64,000 bases of DNA from an uncultured cyanobacterium (GTDB lineage: Bacteria > Cyanobacteriota > Cyanobacteriia > Phormidesmidales > Phormidesmidaceae), in the NCBI GenBank assembly GCA_963793265.1, contig CAWBZI010000006.1, positions 544,001 through 608,000 on the forward strand, in the 5' to 3' direction. A program made the position numbers and the translations under genes. Position 1 is the stretch's first letter. The number at the start of each line of letters is the position of its first letter. The notes under the pieces are model-generated. The model was not told the DNA's origin. It searched no databases and saw nothing but the letters and a program-made list of their open reading frames with translations. This document shows positions 49,498 through 58,740 of this stretch, piece after piece.

Positions 49498-49684
49498 GCG
49501 TTCTCTTAGCTTGTTGTGTAATGCTTTTATCCTGTAAAAATCTTTGTTAAAACACGACACACTGCCGCTTCCTAAGATAGAAGCATTAGCTTTTAAACCA
49601 TTTTATATATGGAAGAATATAAAGCATTGATTAAGAACTATTATCTATCTAAAGGATAGATAGTCGAGCTGTCTATAGATGAAG

Positions 49685-49990
49685 TTACGGATGTTTTTTT
49701 CGCCAGTGGAGGCTGTTTTGATTGAAGATTTGGGCGGTTTCTGGCGAATTCAGCATAGACTGGGCCAGCGCGATCGCTGATTTCAACTGGTCTTCATCAA
49801 GCTGTTTATATGCAGGTGTCTTCCGAGACAGGTGCTGATACCAACAGTCTTCAAACAAATTATCTAAGACAATCCTAGCAAAACAGTGGTTAAGATAAAC
49901 CGGAAAACCGCCCTGCTTCGCTCGTGCCGGTAGCTGCTTGTTGATCAATGATATGTACTGTTCTCGAAGCTGCGTTAGAGATTCAGGCAT
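49685..49990 (-). CDS. Conserved small hypothetical protein
   Basis: PV.LNHCFARIVLDN...W...PAYKQL...N..SL.WR.K pattern; function not assignable from sequence. Confidence 0.7.
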   Translation of the reverse strand: MPESLTQLREQYISLINKQLPARAKQGGFPVYLNHCFARIVLDNLFEDCWYQHLSRKTPAYKQLDEDQLKSAIALAQSMLNSPETAQIFNQNSLHWRKKHP

Positions 49991-50038
49991 AGGTGTATAA
50001 AAACAACACAACAGTTAGGCAGGCGGTGATACATCAGC

Positions 50039-50106
50039 CGGAGGGTGTAAAGCCTTACACCCCTACAGGATATACGCAGTAGGGGCGTAAGGCTTTGCGC
50101 CCTCCG
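50039..50106. repeat. Inverted GTAG-REP doublet (REPIN-like)
   Basis: CGGAGGGTGTAAAGCCTTACACCCCTAC, a 12-nt spacer, then GTAGGGGCGTAAGGCTTTGCGCCCTCCG. Confidence 0.82.
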
Positions 50107-50334
50107 TACGATGATCTGTCGATGAATGCCTACAGCTCAACAAATAAGCTCAACAAATAATAAGTAAACCTAATATTTCAGGCGCACTTTACCGGTATAA
50201 GCCATATAAATCGGCTTAAATCTACGTCTTCATCAAATATTTGTGATTGGTTAAACAAAGTATGCGCTGATACCGATAGGATGAACCTGAGGTGCGTTGC
50301 TTTGAGTTCTATATGAATTTGTTTTATAAAATTT

Positions 50335-52128
50335 ATGTCTTCATTGACTTCCCGGTCTATCGAACGCGTTTCTGTCACGAATGAAGGCGGTGATAGTATC
50401 GGCTTTTCTTCATCCGCGAGCCTTTCTGCAAATGGACGCTACGTTGCCTTTAGCTCTAATGCTGACGACTTAGTAGAGGGCGACACGAATCTAGAAAACG
50501 ATATCTTTGTGCGCGATCGCCTAGAGGGCACCACCGAACGCATCTCTATCGCCGATGACGGCAGCGAAAACAGCATATCTTCCTACAATCCCATCCTATC
50601 GACAGATGGACGATATGTATCTTTTCAGTCTAATACAACAGACTTAGGCGACAGCAGCCTGCCGAACGCTAGCGGTATCTTTGTTTACGATCGCGAAACA
50701 AAGACCGTTGAGAGAGTCGCGGTTGATAGCGAAGGAAATCCTGGGATAGGACTCGCTAGCAATGCCGATATGTCAGCAGATGGAAGGTTTGTAGCTTTTA
50801 GATCTATTGCTAGCAACTTGGTAGAGGGTGATACGAATGATGCTTATGATATTTTTGTGCGCGATCACCTAGAGGGCACCACCCAGCGAATTTCTATCAG
50901 TAGCGAAGGCGAACAGGGCAACGGCAGCTCCAACTTACCTAAACTATCTGCCGACGGTCAGTTTGTTGTCTTCACATCCAACGCCAGCAACCTAGTCGAA
51001 GGCGACACAAACGATAGCGGCGATGTGTTCCTCTACGATAAAAGGACTGACGCCATCGAGCGTATTTCAGTGAGCAGTGAAGGCAATGAAGGGGATGGTT
51101 ACTCTAGTGCGCCCAGTATTTCTGCCGATGGTCGCTACGTTAGCTTCTCCTCGGATGCGACCAATTTAGTGAGCGGTGATGAGAATGAAATAGGCGATAT
51201 TTTTGTGCGCGATCGCCTCACCCAAACCACAGAACGCATCTCGCTCAACGACGCAGGCATCGAAAGCAACAACTTCTCATTCAACCACGGCATTTCTGCC
51301 GATGGCCGCTACATCAGCTATAGCTCTGTTGCGACCAACCTGGTCGAAAACGACCTCAACCGAGCCCTAGACGTTTTTGTATACGACCGTGACACGCAAA
51401 CCACAGAACGCATCTCAGTGAATGCAGAAGGCGTGGGCGGTGTTGGAGAAAGTAGAGAATCTGTATTTTCTGCTGACGGACGCTTTATTGCCTTTCAGTC
51501 GCGCGCTGATAACTTAGTGGCTGAAGACAACAACGGTAGAACAGATATTTTTGTCTATGCGCTCAGCGATTCGACAGACTTTCCTGATCCTGGATTGCCT
51601 ATCCCCACAGGCCCAGTCGGCACGATCGGACAAACCCCTGAAAATAGGATAGTCAACCTTACAGAAATAGCAGCACCTACTGTTACCGCATCGATTGAGG
51701 TGACTCGCGATGCCGGATACAACAACACGGTAGGCTTCTACATCGTTGAAAACGAGCTAGGTGGCGTGATGGACTCGCTCACCGGAGAGATCTTAATGCC
51801 TGAGGATGTAGGCTACATGCAGGCGGCACTCGCGCAGCGCGTTGGCATGGATCTTACGGGCACAAATGGCGAGGTGGTTAGCTACACCACCGAAATTGCC
51901 ACGGGCAGCTTGCTATCGACCTTTATTGTGGCTGACGGTACGGTTGAGGCGATGCTGAACGACAATACATTGAACGACCCGGCGGTGTTTTTTGCCTATG
52001 GCGGAGCGAATAGCGATCGCACCGACCACGTGCGCCTGCTCGGAGCCAACACCTTCGGCTACGAAGATCTCTTAGGCGGCGGCGATATGGACTTCAACGA
52101 CATGGTAGTTCAGCTCTCATTTGAGTAA
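50335..52128 (+). CDS. TolB-like/PD40 beta-propeller repeat protein with a C-terminal DUF4114-like domain
   Basis: Repeated SADGR.VAF.S.A.NLV.GDTN...DIFV.D; C-terminal FGYEDL.GGGD.DFND. Confidence 0.85.
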   Translation: MSSLTSRSIERVSVTNEGGDSIGFSSSASLSANGRYVAFSSNADDLVEGDTNLENDIFVRDRLEGTTERISIADDGSENSISSYNPILSTDGRYVSFQSNTTDLGDSSLPNASGIFVYDRETKTVERVAVDSEGNPGIGLASNADMSADGRFVAFRSIASNLVEGDTNDAYDIFVRDHLEGTTQRISISSEGEQGNGSSNLPKLSADGQFVVFTSNASNLVEGDTNDSGDVFLYDKRTDAIERISVSSEGNEGDGYSSAPSISADGRYVSFSSDATNLVSGDENEIGDIFVRDRLTQTTERISLNDAGIESNNFSFNHGISADGRYISYSSVATNLVENDLNRALDVFVYDRDTQTTERISVNAEGVGGVGESRESVFSADGRFIAFQSRADNLVAEDNNGRTDIFVYALSDSTDFPDPGLPIPTGPVGTIGQTPENRIVNLTEIAAPTVTASIEVTRDAGYNNTVGFYIVENELGGVMDSLTGEILMPEDVGYMQAALAQRVGMDLTGTNGEVVSYTTEIATGSLLSTFIVADGTVEAMLNDNTLNDPAVFFAYGGANSDRTDHVRLLGANTFGYEDLLGGGDMDFNDMVVQLSFE

Positions 52129-52290
52129 GGGAGCTGCGCTCAAATAAAGTACCGGCAAACCGACAAATATTGCCCTGGGCATAGCGTGCTATGCCCCTAC
52201 GTCACCGTCAATTTCTGTAGGGGCTTAGCACTGCTATGCCCGAGGCAATGAACAGCGCTATCAGCGGTACTTTATTTAGACGCATGTCCC
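52129..52290. mobile_element. MITE copy 2 (162 bp) with a TAA target-site duplication, inserted at a stop codon
   Basis: Same TIRs as 822-975; TAA at 52126-52128 and 52291-52293. Confidence 0.85.
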
Positions 52291-52306
52291 TAAGCTATCA
52301 GGTAGG

Positions 52307-52936
52307 CTACTCCGCCCGAATCCAATCGACTTCCAACTTAAATTCTCCCTCTTTTTTATCGGCAATCAAAAAGCCAATTTGTTCTATCGCCGCTGCATTC
52401 AGCGGCGGTGCATCTGAGACAATGCGTCCTCTAAAAACAGGCTCAAACTCACTAAAAGAAACGTCCACAACCTGCCACTCACCCGCTGTTGCAAACGTCG
52501 CGCGATACGAAATATCTTCAGCATCTGCCGTTTGTACCCGCACCTGATAGCGTCGTCCGTCTCCTTTTACCCGCAGGCTCAATTCTGAAGCGTTAGAGAA
52601 ATCATAGTCACCTGAGGCCCGACGCGCAGAGCTAAAGCCGCCATTGTTTTCGAGTGAAAGCGTTCCGCGAAAAACGCCAGTATCTTGCTGCGTGACGTAA
52701 AACTCACCCTCAGAAACGCCACCCATCACCGTGTCATCCACGCCGCGCCAGCGTTCAGCTTCATCCGAGATATCTGTAAAGTCTGTAACCGTTTGCATAG
52801 ACGTTTCGTTTTGAGAGAGCGCCGTAAGTGGGACTTCAGCCTCAGCAATATTTTGAGGCTCTTTCATTGCAAAATTAAACCAGCCTATAGCTGCAAAGAG
52901 CGTAATGAGTCCGATAATTTTGAGCGCTAGTTTCAT
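52307..52936 (-). CDS. CIA30 (NDUFAF1-like) family protein
   Basis: W..VDDTVMGGVS, LSLENNGGFSS and LRVKGDGRRY motifs. Confidence 0.9.
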   Translation of the reverse strand: MKLALKIIGLITLFAAIGWFNFAMKEPQNIAEAEVPLTALSQNETSMQTVTDFTDISDEAERWRGVDDTVMGGVSEGEFYVTQQDTGVFRGTLSLENNGGFSSARRASGDYDFSNASELSLRVKGDGRRYQVRVQTADAEDISYRATFATAGEWQVVDVSFSEFEPVFRGRIVSDAPPLNAAAIEQIGFLIADKKEGEFKLEVDWIRAE

Positions 52937-54486
52937 GATGGTTGTTTTTTTAATGCAGCGGTATCTAGATCGGTTGTTGTTTTAAAGAAGTGGGTGAGGC
53001 GATCGCGGATCTTCTCAACACCGTCCACCACATTAGACTCCACATTCAGCGGCAGCACCGGATCGTGCAGCGACAGCCTTAGCAAGAACCAGCCGTCCTC
53101 ATCTACCCCACGACATGCTACCCGTACACCCTCATAATTATTCGGCACAATCTCCCAATCACGCTGCTGCACCACAAAATCTTCTAGCTGACCAATCACC
53201 TGATTCCCATGCGTCTTAAAGTCCTCCACCAAAATTTTCAGCCGATACTCCTCACTTTCAGCAGGCTCTTTTAGCTCAGCGATCAAATCCGTCAGCACCT
53301 TACCTTCCTGCTTTGCTCGCGCCAGCTCCACCAGCAGCTTACTCACCAAATAAGCACCATCATCTAAAAAGTAGTTCTCCTTCATCGCCCCGTGCCCCGA
53401 GGTTTCAATCGCCAGCCAGGATTCTTGCCCGGCCTCATCTAGCCGCATCGACTCATTAATCACATTCTTATATCCACGCTTAAATCGATGGTGCACACCG
53501 CCTAAGCCTGAGATAAATTCAGCCAGACCATCAGAGGTAATCGAATCGGTCACTACCGTAGAGCCTGGATGCTCGCGCAGCACCACCGCCGAAATCAGCG
53601 CAATCAATCGGTTCCGATTTAGCTCGTTCCCCTGCGGATCAACAGCTGCTGAGCGATCCACATCCGTATCAAAGATAATCCCAAAGTCGGCCTTATTATC
53701 CAGCACCGCTTTTTGAATTGCTGCCATCGCCTCAGCATTTTCAGGATTCGGAATATGGTTCGGGAACGTCCCATCCGGCTCTAGAAACTGACTGCCGCTC
53801 GTATCTGCACCTAAGGGTTCTAGCACCTTACTTGCATAAAATCCACCGGCTCCATTACCGGCATCCACTACAATATGCAGTCCCTGTAAAGGCTGCTCGT
53901 AATGCTCAGAATGATTCACTTCCTGACGAACCTGTTGCACTAGCCCATCGGCATATACCGAAATAAAATCTCTCTCTTCTATCTCGCCTTTAGTCGCGGC
54001 TGTTAAAAATTTGTTCTCACTGGCAAGTGTCAGAATCGCCGTAATATCTGGCTTGTTCAAACCGCCTTTGGCTGTGAAAAACTTGAGGCCGTTGCGATTA
54101 AACGGTAAATGGCTGGCAGTGAGCATTATGCCGCCATCACAGTGGTAGCCTTCGGTAACGGTACTCATAAACATAGCTGGGGTAGAAGCGATCGCACAGT
54201 CATACACCCGCGCCCCCAAATCCATCATCCCTTCGGCCAGCCCCGCCATCAGCGCAGGCCCCGAAATCCGGCTATCGCGCCCCACCGCCACCACCAAATC
54301 ACTCGCCGCCTTACCGACAGCACCCGCTAGCCAGCCCACAAACCCTTGCCCCAGCTTATAAGCAATCTCCGGCGTCAGGTTCACCGCCTCACCCGCCACA
54401 CCCTCCAGCGCAACCCCCCGGATATCAGAGCCATTTTGCAGCCGCTTCCACTCATCAGGCAAGGTATGTGATAGTTCCGTAGCCAT
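52933..54486 (-). CDS. Phosphomannomutase/phosphoglucomutase
   Basis: NGSDIRG, TASH (phospho-Ser), FDTDVDR and ETSGH motifs. Confidence 0.93.
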   Translation of the reverse strand: MATELSHTLPDEWKRLQNGSDIRGVALEGVAGEAVNLTPEIAYKLGQGFVGWLAGAVGKAASDLVVAVGRDSRISGPALMAGLAEGMMDLGARVYDCAIASTPAMFMSTVTEGYHCDGGIMLTASHLPFNRNGLKFFTAKGGLNKPDITAILTLASENKFLTAATKGEIEERDFISVYADGLVQQVRQEVNHSEHYEQPLQGLHIVVDAGNGAGGFYASKVLEPLGADTSGSQFLEPDGTFPNHIPNPENAEAMAAIQKAVLDNKADFGIIFDTDVDRSAAVDPQGNELNRNRLIALISAVVLREHPGSTVVTDSITSDGLAEFISGLGGVHHRFKRGYKNVINESMRLDEAGQESWLAIETSGHGAMKENYFLDDGAYLVSKLLVELARAKQEGKVLTDLIAELKEPAESEEYRLKILVEDFKTHGNQVIGQLEDFVVQQRDWEIVPNNYEGVRVACRGVDEDGWFLLRLSLHDPVLPLNVESNVVDGVEKIRDRLTHFFKTTTDLDTAALKKQPS

Positions 54487-54594
54487 AGGGATTCCTTCAC
54501 TCAACATCCATATAGGGGATGCTTTTATCAAATTAGGAAAACCATAGCAAACTGTGACGGCTTAAGGCTGTTTTAATCGGATAATTACACAACG

Positions 54595-56577
54595 CTATAG
54601 CTGGCAGATGACGCGAAAGCTGGTGTCATCGAGTCTGTCGTGAAAGGGATAGCCTAAGCTGTAGGCCGACCGGCAGTTGGTAGGCAGGTAAGACCATGAG
54701 CCGCCGCGTAGAAACTTCTTTTGTCCCGATAGATTCCAGGTGTTGTGCTGAGAGCTGTCGTAGCCAAGAAAGTCGGGCCAGCCGTCTAGGCACCACTCCC
54801 ACACGTTGCCGTGCATGTCATACAGGCCAAAAAGGTTGGGCGGGAAACTGCCCACTTCTGTTGTTTGCTGACGGTACTTTCCCTTTGGCCCTCTATCATA
54901 GGCATAGTTGCCGTTGTAGTTGACAATATCGGGCGTGATCGTTTTGCCAAAGTAAAAGGGGGTTGTTGTTCCGGCCCGACAGGCGTACTCCCACTGCGCA
55001 TTGCTCGGGAGCCTGTAGGCTTTGCGCGATCGCTGCGATAGCCACTGACAAAACGCCACCGCATCTGTCCAAAACACATTCTCAATCGGTCGGTTCAGCC
55101 CGCCATTCGGCACGACATCTGGCGCTTCACTCGGCACTTTGCTAAGCTTCAAATTCGCCGCATTCCACTGAGCGCGCGTAATGGTGTACTTCCCCATCCA
55201 AAACTCAGGCACCGTCACCTCGCGCCGAGATTTTTCTCTCTCGCCTGCCCCCTTCGCTGCCCTATCGGCCCCCACAACCAACCGTCCGCTCGGAATTTTG
55301 ACCATCTCTAGAAATACGCCATGACCTAAGTCTTCTGTAAACGAAGTGGCTTCAGCTAATATCTTTTTAGCCACTTCTCCTTTCTCATCTACCTGCACTG
55401 TTTCAAACCGAAAGATTGAATGAGAACTCACAGACGAAAAGGGCTGTTTGCAATCACGCCATACCAGTCGTTGAACTGAATTTGCTACCGGCCGAGGCGA
55501 TCGCCCTCCCTGACGCCTACTCACCTGTTTCTCTACCAAAAGCACATCTTCATCACGCAGGTTCAACAGCCGCTGCAAATCTTTCAAATCTCGAATTGCT
55601 CGCTCACTGAGCAAATCACCCTGAAGCTTCTCTGCCGCCAACGCTTCGGCATAAACAGATAGGTGCTTCTGTCTCTGGCGAAAAGGGTGCAGCACCTCGT
55701 TCTCAATCGCCGCCGCGTACTCTGCCGACATCCTCAATCGCTGCCGCCACTGTTCCAAAGCCGCCCGCCCCGCTGGCCCAATTTGTCCCTCATGAATTCT
55801 CGCCTGCAGCTGTGCCCGGTAGCGCTGCCCGCTGTCTACTTGGGCCTTAGCAATCACAATATCGTAGCCCTGCTGCCGGTTAAACATTGCCGGTTCCATC
55901 GTGGGAGCCGCCACCTTAACCTGCGCTTTAATGTAGTCGTGTAAATGCCCTGCCGAAATTGTATCTCGGCCATCAGGCGCAGCGCTTCCCGTTTTTAACC
56001 CTTCCACTAAGTAGCGAGTATAAACAGAGAGCACCTCTCCCTTTTGTTCGAGGGCATAGCGCGCTGAGGTAGAAGCCGTCAGCACACACCAGCCTTTGCC
56101 GCCTAGCTGAGCTTCAACATCAACGCTGCTGTCATTCATCGCCAAAAAGCCGTCTGCAAACGCAGCGCCAAAGCAACAGTCTAAAATAATCACCTTACGC
56201 TCTGCTAAAGAATTGCTGGCTTCTCGCTTCAAGAAAGGCGCTTCTACTGCTGTTCCTGCGTTGGGTCGCCCGTTTTCAAATAGCTGTGTTTGAGCCGTTG
56301 TAAGATAAAAGTCTCCGGTCATATCTTTGATGCCATGGCCCGTAAAGTAAAAGAGAACTAAGTCTCTTTTGGTGGTGCGAGCAAATATCTCACAAATGCG
56401 CGATCGCATTTCCCACACGCCAGGATTCACCAGTGACTCAACTTCATCAAAGCCACCTACTGCTGGGTCACTCAGCACCGAACGCATGGCCGCTATTCCA
56501 TTTGGCGGACAGCGCAGCGGCTCTAGGCCCGGCCCATAATCGCCAACCCCAATCAACAATGCAATCTTTTTAGACAT
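54595..56577 (-). CDS. Caspase-like (C14) protease fused to an FGE-sulfatase (C-type lectin fold) domain
   Basis: FYFTGHG/ILDCC dyad; RLPS.A.WEYACRAGT, FGLYDMHGNVWEW and RGGSW motifs. Confidence 0.9.
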   Translation of the reverse strand: MSKKIALLIGVGDYGPGLEPLRCPPNGIAAMRSVLSDPAVGGFDEVESLVNPGVWEMRSRICEIFARTTKRDLVLFYFTGHGIKDMTGDFYLTTAQTQLFENGRPNAGTAVEAPFLKREASNSLAERKVIILDCCFGAAFADGFLAMNDSSVDVEAQLGGKGWCVLTASTSARYALEQKGEVLSVYTRYLVEGLKTGSAAPDGRDTISAGHLHDYIKAQVKVAAPTMEPAMFNRQQGYDIVIAKAQVDSGQRYRAQLQARIHEGQIGPAGRAALEQWRQRLRMSAEYAAAIENEVLHPFRQRQKHLSVYAEALAAEKLQGDLLSERAIRDLKDLQRLLNLRDEDVLLVEKQVSRRQGGRSPRPVANSVQRLVWRDCKQPFSSVSSHSIFRFETVQVDEKGEVAKKILAEATSFTEDLGHGVFLEMVKIPSGRLVVGADRAAKGAGEREKSRREVTVPEFWMGKYTITRAQWNAANLKLSKVPSEAPDVVPNGGLNRPIENVFWTDAVAFCQWLSQRSRKAYRLPSNAQWEYACRAGTTTPFYFGKTITPDIVNYNGNYAYDRGPKGKYRQQTTEVGSFPPNLFGLYDMHGNVWEWCLDGWPDFLGYDSSQHNTWNLSGQKKFLRGGSWSYLPTNCRSAYSLGYPFHDRLDDTSFRVICQL

Positions 56578-57013
56578 ACGCCTCAATGAATGCTTCTTGC
56601 TGCGGCCTTACGCCTTAGGTTTTATGGGGTGTGTCGCTTTTATAGGTTTGTCGCGAATTATGTCGAGATCGTAGGCGTCTTCGATGTTAGTTCGATCAGT
56701 AATAGTCATGGAATGGCACGGTGTAATATGTAGGCACATTCCAATTTTGTTTGATTTTGAAACCGGCTTCCCTAAAATGGCTCTAGCTTCGCTGAATATT
56801 CACTAGAATGACAAAGCAAGCACCGCTCTTTGATAGCTGTGCTGAACCTGTATACGGCTAGTGACGGGAGGTTTGGCAATTGTGAAGAGGCGATCGCTAG
56901 ATCAGATATTTTTCATATAGCCGTATGCGTTATTACGGGCGCTAGTTGTATGAAATGTTACTACCAAAAGACCCACAGGTAGCATAGGAACACATATCTA
57001 ATCTAAAACACTA

Positions 57014-57044
57014 CGCGCTGATAGACCTTAGATCTATCAGCGCG
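57014..57044 (-). terminator. Hairpin downstream of gltD, probable terminator
   Basis: CGCGCTGATAGA-N7-TCTATCAGCGCG, a 12-bp perfect stem, followed by a T-rich tract on the minus strand. Confidence 0.6.
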
Positions 57045-57081
57045 CAGTATCTTTAGCAGTGCCTTGAAAGAGGCGTATCAA

Positions 57082-58566
57082 CTAAGGCAGCTCAGTTGTG
57101 CCCATGAGGTAGCGATCGCACTCCCGAGCAACCCCGCGTCCTTCATTAATCGCCCACACAATCAAGCTCTGTCCCCGACGACAGTCACCAGCAGCAAACA
57201 CACCCGGCTTATTCGTCGTAAACGCTTCGTGCTCCGCTTTCACATTGCTCCGCTCAGTCTTCTCCAAACCCAACGCATCCAACAAAGGAGACTCCGGCCC
57301 CAAAAAGCCCATCGCCAATAGAACAACCTGTGCCGGAATTCTCTTTTCACTGCCTGGTACATGATTCGGCGTAAAGCGACCGTTCTCATCGCGCACCCAG
57401 TCCACTTCTACCGTATGCACCGCTGCGACATTACCATTACCATCGTCTTCAAACTTAGTCGCTGTCGTTACATACCCACGAGGATCGTCACCGAACAAAG
57501 CCTTCGCTTCCTCCTGTCCATAGTCCAAACGGTAAATCTTCGGCCACTCAGGCCAGGGATTGTTCGCCGCTCTTACTTCAGGCGGCTTCGGCATAATCTC
57601 TAGCTGATTAATGCTCTTACAGCCATGACGAACAGAGGTTGCCACACAGTCTGTTCCCGTATCGCCACCGCCAATAATCACCACGTCTTTACCAGCCGCC
57701 GAAATGTAATTGTCCCCTGGCGCACCGTCTAACACGGCTTGAGTATTCGCCGTCAAAAACTCCATGGCGAAGTTAATGCCTTTAAGATCTCTTCCTTCAA
57801 TCGGCAAATCGCGAGGCCGCGTGGAGCCTGTGCATAAGATCACAGAATCATAGTCATTCAACAGCTTCTCAGCCGGTAAGTCTTTACCGACCTCAGTATC
57901 ACAAACAAAGGTAATGCCTTCTGCTTCCAACACATCTAGCCGACGACGAACAATGTCATTTTTGTCGAGCTTCATGTTAGGAATGCCATACGTAAGCAGT
58001 CCACCCGGACGATTAGCACGCTCAAATACGGTGACCCAGTGACCTGCTTTGTTGAGCTGATCGGCAGCAGCAAGTCCTGCCGGGCCAGAGCCAACAACCG
58101 CGACCTTTTTACCGGTGCGCTTAGCCGGTAGCTGAGGCGTAATCCAGCCTTCTTCCCAGCCCTTTTCAATAATCGAATACTCGATATTTTTAATCGTGAC
58201 TGGCGGGCTAGTGATGCCCAATACGCAAGAGCCTTCGCAGGGTGCAGGACACACTCGGCCTGTGAACTCAGGAAAATTGTTGGTTTTATGCAGGCGGTCA
58301 AGCGCTTCGCGCCATAGCCCTCTGTATACGAGGTCATTCCATTCGGGAATGAGATTGTTGACCGGGCAACCGCTGGCCATGTTGCCAATGAGTTCGCCCG
58401 TGTGGCAGAAGGGAGTGCCGCAGTCCATGCAGCGAGAGCCCTGGGTTTGTAGCGCCTCATCTGGCATGGGGAGATGGAATTCATCCCAGTTGCGGATGCG
58501 ATCTTTGGGCGAAGTTTCGGCAGGTGCTTCGCGGAGATAATCGATAAAGCCGGTTGGTTTTCCCAT
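57082..58566 (-). CDS. gltD: Glutamate synthase small subunit
   Basis: [34 protein letters not shown] and GDCRRGQSL motifs. Confidence 0.96.
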   Translation of the reverse strand: MGKPTGFIDYLREAPAETSPKDRIRNWDEFHLPMPDEALQTQGSRCMDCGTPFCHTGELIGNMASGCPVNNLIPEWNDLVYRGLWREALDRLHKTNNFPEFTGRVCPAPCEGSCVLGITSPPVTIKNIEYSIIEKGWEEGWITPQLPAKRTGKKVAVVGSGPAGLAAADQLNKAGHWVTVFERANRPGGLLTYGIPNMKLDKNDIVRRRLDVLEAEGITFVCDTEVGKDLPAEKLLNDYDSVILCTGSTRPRDLPIEGRDLKGINFAMEFLTANTQAVLDGAPGDNYISAAGKDVVIIGGGDTGTDCVATSVRHGCKSINQLEIMPKPPEVRAANNPWPEWPKIYRLDYGQEEAKALFGDDPRGYVTTATKFEDDGNGNVAAVHTVEVDWVRDENGRFTPNHVPGSEKRIPAQVVLLAMGFLGPESPLLDALGLEKTERSNVKAEHEAFTTNKPGVFAAGDCRRGQSLIVWAINEGRGVARECDRYLMGTTELP

Positions 58567-58634
58567 GGTGTTTGTTGAAGGTGTGAGGGTGGAGATGTGT
58601 AGATAAAGGTTGAAATTTGATTGGGGTTCTTGGA

Positions 58635-58733
58635 GCCCTCATCCCCTAGCCCCTTCTCCCCAAGGGAGAAGGGGAACATGAGGCCGGACTTTAACTCCCC
58701 TCTCCTTCTGGGAGAGGGGTCGGGGGTGAGGGC
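58635..58733. repeat. Palindromic intergenic repeat (CCCCTCTCCC/GGGAGAGGGG type)
   Basis: Outer arms GCCCTCATCCCC and GGGGTGAGGGC enclose two internal hairpins. Confidence 0.8.
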
Positions 58734-58740
58734 CTCCGAA

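Noticed and set aside
56608..56709. 33-codon minus-strand ORF (MTITDRTNIEDAY...) just upstream of the caspase-FGE gene
   Set aside because: It is too short and lacks an RBS or family signal; homology or ribosome-profiling data would be needed.
56948..56961. GTA-N8-TAC NtcA-like site
   Set aside because: It is a single short match about 370 bp from the nearest start with no supporting -10 element identified, so it is expected by chance.
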